Virus record (IMG/VR): IMGVR_UViG_3300031951_000028
Direction: 5' to 3' (one strand)
DNA length: 64,000 bases
Source: a virus
Shown: piece after piece, positions 58,269 through 64,000 of the stretch
Layout: each line of letters begins with the position of its first letter
How positions within the stretch are numbered: position 1 is the stretch's first letter
Translations under genes and position numbers: made by a program
Notes under the pieces: model-generated
Told to the model about the DNA's origin: nothing
The model's input: the letters and a program-made list of their open reading frames with translations, nothing else
Databases searched by the model: none

Positions 58269-59872
58269 TGGAAAAGAGAATATTATTATTAAATGAAGCC
58301 TCAATGTTTAATAGCGGGCTTGGTAAATATGGGAAGAATCTTTTATTTAAATTAAAAGAAAGAGGATATAAAGTCGCAGAGCTGGGTTTCGGCGCAGGTG
58401 TCAACCCTCCTAATGACCAAGATATTCCTTGGCGCACCTATTATAATGAGGTGCTAGATTCCGACCCAAGAAAGCAAGTTTATAATCAAGATCCAGATAA
58501 TAGATTTGGTAAGTGGAGATTCGAAAAAACTCTACTTGATTTTAAACCACATTATGTTTTATCTATTTTAGACCCATGGAATACAATGTTTATTCCTAAG
58601 TCGCCTATGAGAAAGTATTTTAACTACATTTTTATGCCTACATTTGACTCCTTTCCAGTGAAAGAAGAGTGGATGTCTAGCATAGCCGATGCTGATAGAG
58701 TGCTTACTTATAGTGATTGGGCCGCTAAAAAGTGTCCGATACCTATATTTGGAACACCTAAATACGGCGTGAATGGATTAGAATTTTTCCCTGTGCAGAA
58801 TAAGAAAATGCACAAGTCAAGATTTGGAATAAATTCCAATAAAACTATAATTGGAAGCATTATGAAAAATCAACCTAGAAAAAAGATAGCTGATTTATTT
58901 AGAATGTATAAAATGATTCTAGATAAAAATCCTAATACTATGTTGTATTTACACGCGGAGTGGCCAGGTAAAAATCCTTGGAATATACCAAAGTTATTAC
59001 TAGAGTATGAAATACAAAATCATGTATTATTAACATACTACTGTATTTCATGTGAAAAGTTTTATCCATCAGTATACCAAGGTGATTGCGCTCCATGCCA
59101 ACATTGCTATAGAAATGCCGCTTATATAAAAAGCTCAGCATATTCTATATCTGACACTAGTTTTAATGATATATATAATCTTTTTGATTTATATGTACAA
59201 TATTCTAATTCAGAAGGCGCGGGCATGCCAGTCGCGGAAGCTGCTTATTGTGGTTTGCCAACATTTGTTGTAGACTATACTGCAATGGAAGATTATAAAA
59301 ATACTATAAGTTCTATTCCTTTACCAATATTAGATGATAGTTGGGATATGCAGATAGATGCTTATAGAGCTTTAGTTGATAATAAAAAATCTGCGGAAAT
59401 TATTTTAGATTATATTGATAAAGGTAGCGATGTTCTTCAAGCTTGTGGAGATAGATCTAGAGCACAAGCTTTAGAAATATATAATTGGGATAGAGTTGCT
59501 GATGAATGGGAAAAGGCTATAGAGTCTATACCATTAAATGATAAATGGAATAATAAAATTGATTATATAACAACTAAACTAGCAGATAATAGTTCTCCAA
59601 CTGATATAGCTTTTTTTATAAAGAGAATTATGAAAATTAATGACCCAGTATCTTTATTAGGAATTCATGAGTCAGTTATTAATAAAGAAGTTGTTAATAA
59701 ATATATGGTTAAAAATGATCCACAAAGAGTTGTTAAAGATTTAAATAATTGGATCGATTATTATAACAAATGTGAAAATATAAGAACTGGGCTAGAAACT
59801 CAAATTGAAGAAGATTTTATAGAATATGCGCACGTAAAGGAAAAAGTCCATGAAGATAACAATATCTCTTGA
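58268..59872 (+). CDS. Glycosyltransferase family 4 with a Cys4 insert
   Basis: SGLGKYG, KNQPRK, CISC...CQHC insert, SEGAGMP..EAAYCGLP. Confidence 0.85.
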   Translation: MEKRILLLNEASMFNSGLGKYGKNLLFKLKERGYKVAELGFGAGVNPPNDQDIPWRTYYNEVLDSDPRKQVYNQDPDNRFGKWRFEKTLLDFKPHYVLSILDPWNTMFIPKSPMRKYFNYIFMPTFDSFPVKEEWMSSIADADRVLTYSDWAAKKCPIPIFGTPKYGVNGLEFFPVQNKKMHKSRFGINSNKTIIGSIMKNQPRKKIADLFRMYKMILDKNPNTMLYLHAEWPGKNPWNIPKLLLEYEIQNHVLLTYYCISCEKFYPSVYQGDCAPCQHCYRNAAYIKSSAYSISDTSFNDIYNLFDLYVQYSNSEGAGMPVAEAAYCGLPTFVVDYTAMEDYKNTISSIPLPILDDSWDMQIDAYRALVDNKKSAEIILDYIDKGSDVLQACGDRSRAQALEIYNWDRVADEWEKAIESIPLNDKWNNKIDYITTKLADNSSPTDIAFFIKRIMKINDPVSLLGIHESVINKEVVNKYMVKNDPQRVVKDLNNWIDYYNKCENIRTGLETQIEEDFIEYAHVKEKVHEDNNIS

Positions 59873-60254
59873 AAATGATTATAAGGGTGATCCTACTGAA
59901 ATTTTTGAAAAGATAAAAAGGAAAGCGAAAAAAATTACAGAAGTTTATTTATTAGGTTTTAGCCAAAGTGATAAGCAAATAGAGCGTTTTGCAAAAACAA
60001 AAAAGATAAATGTTACTACTAAACTCCCTAATTGGGACGATGTAGATATTAAGGGTGCTTCTGTCAAAACTAAAGTTGATAAAGATGGAAAAGAAAAACA
60101 ATACAACGCTAGAGCAGGCTTCCAGCGCAACGAGGAAGTTATTGCTAATACAGATATCCTCGTATGGCAAGGTGCTCCGAAAGATTATAGAGCAGATATA
60201 TTGGAAAAAGCGCGGTTAGCTAATATAGAGATTATTTATTTAGATGAGGTGTAA
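59850..60254 (+). CDS. SLOG/YspA-like nucleotide-binding protein
   Basis: PNWD...YNARAGFQRNEE.....D.LV. Confidence 0.6.
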   Translation: MKITISLENDYKGDPTEIFEKIKRKAKKITEVYLLGFSQSDKQIERFAKTKKINVTTKLPNWDDVDIKGASVKTKVDKDGKEKQYNARAGFQRNEEVIANTDILVWQGAPKDYRADILEKARLANIEIIYLDEV

Positions 60255-60255
60255 G

Positions 60256-60879
60256 ATGCAAGAAGAAGTAATGGTTGTAAGTAGAGAAATATTTGATGAT
60301 GCTGGCGCTTTTCAAGGCTTCTCGTCAGACCTAGAAAAAATAGGTCAGATTTTAGATTCTAAGAATATTTCTTTTATGCCTAGAGATGAAATGGAAAAAG
60401 ACCCTTCTTATAAACAAATAATTCCTTATTGCGTGTTTGGAGTTTTTAAAGAAGGGATCCCATACTTATTCTCTTATACTAGAGGCTCAAAAGGTGGAGA
60501 AAATAGGCTACATGCTAAAAAGAGTATAGGTGTAGGAGGTCATATTAATCCTATTGATTCTAACCATATAGGAGATAAGCCATCTGATATTTATGTTAAT
60601 GGAATGATGCGCGAGCTTCAAGAAGAGGTTGGTTTATACTCAGGTTTTGCGCGCAAGACTATTGGGTTAGTAAATGATGATGAGGATGACGTCGGAAAAG
60701 TCCATTTGGGCGTAGTAGAGATGTTTGAGTTGGAAAACCTATTTTTAGCCATAAAAGACGAAGCGCTAGAAAGTGGTAATTTTATCCCATTAGAAGAAAT
60801 TTTACAGGATAAAGATAGTTATGAAAATTGGTCAAAACTGGTTTTGGAGTATATAGATGGCTACATTAATAATAAGTGA
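60256..60879 (+). CDS. NUDIX-family phosphoesterase
   Basis: E.DPSYKQIIPY, E.RLH...SIGVGGHIN, RELQEEV, VGKVHLG, ENWS. Confidence 0.85.
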   Translation: MQEEVMVVSREIFDDAGAFQGFSSDLEKIGQILDSKNISFMPRDEMEKDPSYKQIIPYCVFGVFKEGIPYLFSYTRGSKGGENRLHAKKSIGVGGHINPIDSNHIGDKPSDIYVNGMMRELQEEVGLYSGFARKTIGLVNDDEDDVGKVHLGVVEMFELENLFLAIKDEALESGNFIPLEEILQDKDSYENWSKLVLEYIDGYINNK

Positions 60880-61609
60880 GCAAGACAGTAGCCTTAATGC
60901 GTTAATAGAGGCCCTTAGCGCTTCATTAGACGCGACTTCGTGTACGATTTATACTGGAAGACCAGTAGATAAGAATTATGTCGGCACAAGCCAAATATAC
61001 GAAAATTATGACTCTACCATCCAAATCTTACCTCCAGAGGAAATGTATCAATTTCCTGGCAAAAAGAATATAGCTCTGGTAAAGTCAAAGCTCGCAAATG
61101 ACGATAAGCACTTTCTTAAAAAGTTTGACTTGGTATTACCAATAGAAAGACCTTTAGATTCGGCCATTTATACAAAAACTGAGCAGTTATTCAATCACAA
61201 AAATGAACGTCTAAGATTATATTATGAGGAAGATGATAATGCTTATGAAGTATTAAAAGCTTATTATTCTGAATTTGTTAGGGATGAAAGTGTAATATTG
61301 TATTATATTGGTGATAATTATGATGATCATGGTAAGTATGTAAAGAAAATCTTAGATAAAGATAATTATCCACATACTATGGTATTTAATAATGCTTTGT
61401 ATCATAATAAAGTATCAATCTTGCAAAATGCAAATGCTACGCTTACTGAAAACGAGGAAGCTATTTTTTATAGCAAGCCATATATTTGGTATAATCAAAT
61501 GCGCAATGCATGGCTTTCATTAAAAGATTTTGAAAATAATAGAGAGTTTGTTAAAAACCCAGATTGTAATGAAATGATTAAGAGGATTAAATGCGCATTA
61601 GAAACGTAG
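60857..61609 (+). CDS. Divergent glycosyltransferase-like protein
   Basis: Weak GT-B-like segments (LKAYY.EF....V.L); cluster context. Confidence 0.35.
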   Translation: MATLIISEQDSSLNALIEALSASLDATSCTIYTGRPVDKNYVGTSQIYENYDSTIQILPPEEMYQFPGKKNIALVKSKLANDDKHFLKKFDLVLPIERPLDSAIYTKTEQLFNHKNERLRLYYEEDDNAYEVLKAYYSEFVRDESVILYYIGDNYDDHGKYVKKILDKDNYPHTMVFNNALYHNKVSILQNANATLTENEEAIFYSKPYIWYNQMRNAWLSLKDFENNREFVKNPDCNEMIKRIKCALET

Positions 61610-62029
61610 CAAATAAGTTTCTCTATCCTCATAGGATGCCAGCAGTTATAGTTGATATCCATGAAGATAATGAGTTAATGAAAACTTTTCTAGAAGTAGC
61701 TAAAAAGAGAGATTTTTTTATATATTCTTTAGAAGAAAGCAAGATTTTAAAAAAATATAACCCCGAAACTCCGTATGATGGGTGTATAATTAATAATAGG
61801 TACAGGTACAGGAACGCAAATAAGATATCTGAATTTCTTAATATACCAATCTTTCTTCTCCAAAAAGACGAGCTGCCCGATAAAAAGGAACATGGGTATT
61901 TAATGAATAAGCAGCAGCATTTTGATGCTTCTTTCTTTTTATCTGAAAAGACCGCAAAGTCTTGGTATAGCGTTCCGACTGAAATTGTAAATTTTTACGA
62001 TTCTGATGAACTTAATAGGATTATAGACA

Positions 62030-62764
62030 TTGTCAAACAACAAAAATATAGTAGGTGAAAAATTCACTTCTTGTAAAGATTGTAAATTTGCTACTTGGGA
62101 TGGAAACACTCAAGTCGGTTGTGAACAAGGGGTAATGGATAAGTATAAAAATATTATTGCTGCCTATGATGAAGAAAAAGAATTTAATATTATTAATAAT
62201 GATGTATGCTTATTAAAACGCGCGACTAATTCAAAATGCTCGTTAGAACAAGCCAGAAAAGAAATAAGTATAAGATATAATTCTATTATTTTATACAAAG
62301 AAAAAACTACTAAGAAACAGTTAGAAAAAACTATAAAAGCTTTACAAGCACAGTCAATACAACCATCTTTAATATGTATTATTATACCTTTTGGTCTTGA
62401 AGTAGATATAGAAAATATCGCTACTTTATTTAAAAAATTAGAAATTAAAAATTGGAAAGTTGAATATCAATTAAATGAAGATTCGACAGAAAATTATATT
62501 GATCGATTTATAGAAACTACAACTGAAAAGCAGCCTTGGTATTTATTAATCAACTCAGACTATCTTTTACCAAAAGATTATTTAGAACAGATTAATAAAA
62601 GATATACTCTAGAATTAGAACAATTTGGTTTAATAAAACCAGTAGATGAAGAGCGTAATGGATTGTTAGTAAAGACTATTTTCCATGCTTATCTTGGCGG
62701 CTCTAGACAAAAATTAATTGAAAATAAATTTAACAATACGTTTGCATATTATGAAAAAAAGTGA
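62030..62764 (+). CDS. Cys-rich N-terminus + divergent GT2-like domain
   Basis: CKDCKFA...C; L.KTI.ALQAQSI.P..I.II, WYLLINSD resemble the GT-A fold. Confidence 0.5.
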   Translation: MSNNKNIVGEKFTSCKDCKFATWDGNTQVGCEQGVMDKYKNIIAAYDEEKEFNIINNDVCLLKRATNSKCSLEQARKEISIRYNSIILYKEKTTKKQLEKTIKALQAQSIQPSLICIIIPFGLEVDIENIATLFKKLEIKNWKVEYQLNEDSTENYIDRFIETTTEKQPWYLLINSDYLLPKDYLEQINKRYTLELEQFGLIKPVDEERNGLLVKTIFHAYLGGSRQKLIENKFNNTFAYYEKK

Positions 62765-63407
62765 TGTTATAATTTTGGCGGCTTCGCCATCAAGTTATAA
62801 TATATACACTCCTCTTATGAAAGTTAAGAGGAAAACATTGATTCACAACTTAGTTAAAAAAATAAGTAACAATCCAAATGTAAATAAGATAATAGTGGTT
62901 GGCGGTCATAATTTTGAGGAATTAAAAAGAGCTTTGTCAGACGTAGATGTACATTTTGTATATAATAAAAATTATAGCAATGGTATTTGTTCATCTATTA
63001 AAGCTGGAGTCGCGAGTGTCGAGTCAGATTCATTAATGGTTATGCATGGAGATTTGTGGTTCAAAAATTTACAAATTAGTAAGATTTTAAAGAATCAAAA
63101 ATCCTTAATTGTAGCAACTGAATGTAGACATATGAAAGCGAAGGAAATAGGAATTAGAGATTATAATGGGCAGCTACTTTATTTTGGTTGGCGCCAAAAA
63201 TTAAAATGGGGAAAAATTTTCTATATTCACCAAGATTTTCGTCAAATTTTTGAGAATGTTTTGTATAATAATAGTACAGGGAATTGGTTCTCGTTTGAAA
63301 TTTTGGGCTATATGTTAAAAGCGGGCTGTAGCTTTGAAATTTTAAACCATAAGAATAGCTTGTTTGATATAGACTGCTATCAAGACTTAAGGAAGATAAT
63401 TTTATGA
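62751..63407 (+). CDS. Sugar-phosphate/MobA-like nucleotidyltransferase
   Basis: IILAA, PL.KV...TLI, IIVVGG, N.NY..G..SSI, HGD, DID..DL. Confidence 0.8.
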   Translation: MKKSDVIILAASPSSYNIYTPLMKVKRKTLIHNLVKKISNNPNVNKIIVVGGHNFEELKRALSDVDVHFVYNKNYSNGICSSIKAGVASVESDSLMVMHGDLWFKNLQISKILKNQKSLIVATECRHMKAKEIGIRDYNGQLLYFGWRQKLKWGKIFYIHQDFRQIFENVLYNNSTGNWFSFEILGYMLKAGCSFEILNHKNSLFDIDCYQDLRKIIL

Positions 63408-63648
63408 AATATTTTGGTTGTTATGAAGTTAACCCCGATGTGGTAGGTTTTTTATCTACAATTGAAGGCGATAAAACTTTATTTTGTTGCTTGAATAATC
63501 ATCATGGAGTTAATTTGAAAAACGTGGCCATTTTTCCTATGAGAAATGGTTACTACCATGATATAACTTTTTTAGATAAATTGTCATATGAATTGACAGA
63601 AGGTTTTTTAGGTAAAAGACAATGTTTGAAGGTATAAATTATAATAAT

Positions 63649-64000
63649 ATGAACTTGCAAGATCGAGGCAAGTTAATTAAAAAATACCATATAGATGGCG
63701 ATTGGTCGATGAATAGATTGGCTACTGCGCTCGGTATTTATGTTAATAAAATTAAAAGAGATGCTGCTAAGCTTGGATTAAAGACAAATTCTTTATCAGA
63801 AGCTCAAAAGAAAGCTCTATCTACAGGAATTTCTAAACATCCGACTGAGGGAACTAAACGTCCTGCTGAAACTGTCGCTAAAATGTCTAAAAATATTAGA
63901 GAGGCGTTTCTAAAATGGGATGATAAGAAGCGTGCGCAAGATAAGTTAAGAAAATCTGCTAAATTAAAAAAGCAAAAAAATAAGCCATACTTATCTGCAA
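63649..64000 (+). CDS. Partial ORF: HTH + NUMOD3-like repeat, probable homing-type endonuclease (truncated by the window end)
   Basis: Manual translation MNLQDRG...SMNRLATALGI...HPTEGTKRPAETVAKMS; open to the window edge. Confidence 0.55.
   Translation, partial: MNLQDRGKLIKKYHIDGDWSMNRLATALGIYVNKIKRDAAKLGLKTNSLSEAQKKALSTGISKHPTEGTKRPAETVAKMSKNIREAFLKWDDKKRAQDKLRKSAKLKKQKNKPYLSA

Noticed and set aside
2917-60170. Minus-strand ORFs in the track
   Set aside because: Nearly all lie antisense to well-supported + strand genes, are short and have no recognisable motifs; treated as shadows.

Overview
A 64-kb segment of a large, strongly AT-rich, probably lytic tailed bacteriophage genome. Genes are densely packed, essentially all on the + strand, and read normally in code 11. 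The left part (about 1-31 kb) is an accessory/host-takeover region. It has a run of tiny ORFs sharing a short helix motif, a TilS gene beside tRNA(CAT) and tRNA-Arg(TCT), and a tRNA-like element with a collapsed anticodon arm. It also has an Adps+Namat (NARP1-type) NAD+ reconstitution pair, three AAA+/VWA modules within 10 kb, a mini-RuvA/RuvB pair, an RNA ligase and many small hypothetical proteins. The right part (about 31-64 kb) covers nucleotide metabolism and replication: IMPDH/GMPR, NrdB/NrdA, DNA ligase, PhoH, RecA, DnaB, primase, dNMP kinase and ThyX. It also has a PD-(D/E)xK nuclease carrying a His-initiated class 3 intein and an intein-free split DnaE with a DEDDh exonuclease gene between its halves. 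A glycosyltransferase/nucleotidyltransferase cluster follows. The most notable observations are: (1) a possible AUA/AGA codon-based translational switch, where some genes contain no AGA/ATA codons and the phage supplies exactly those two decoders; (2) the cryptic micro-protein array; (3) a BRCT-like-flanked peptidase-VWA/MoxR module; (4) the split DnaE; (5) a 100-bp concentric palindrome upstream of the RNA ligase. All calls come from reading motifs by eye; no database searches were run.
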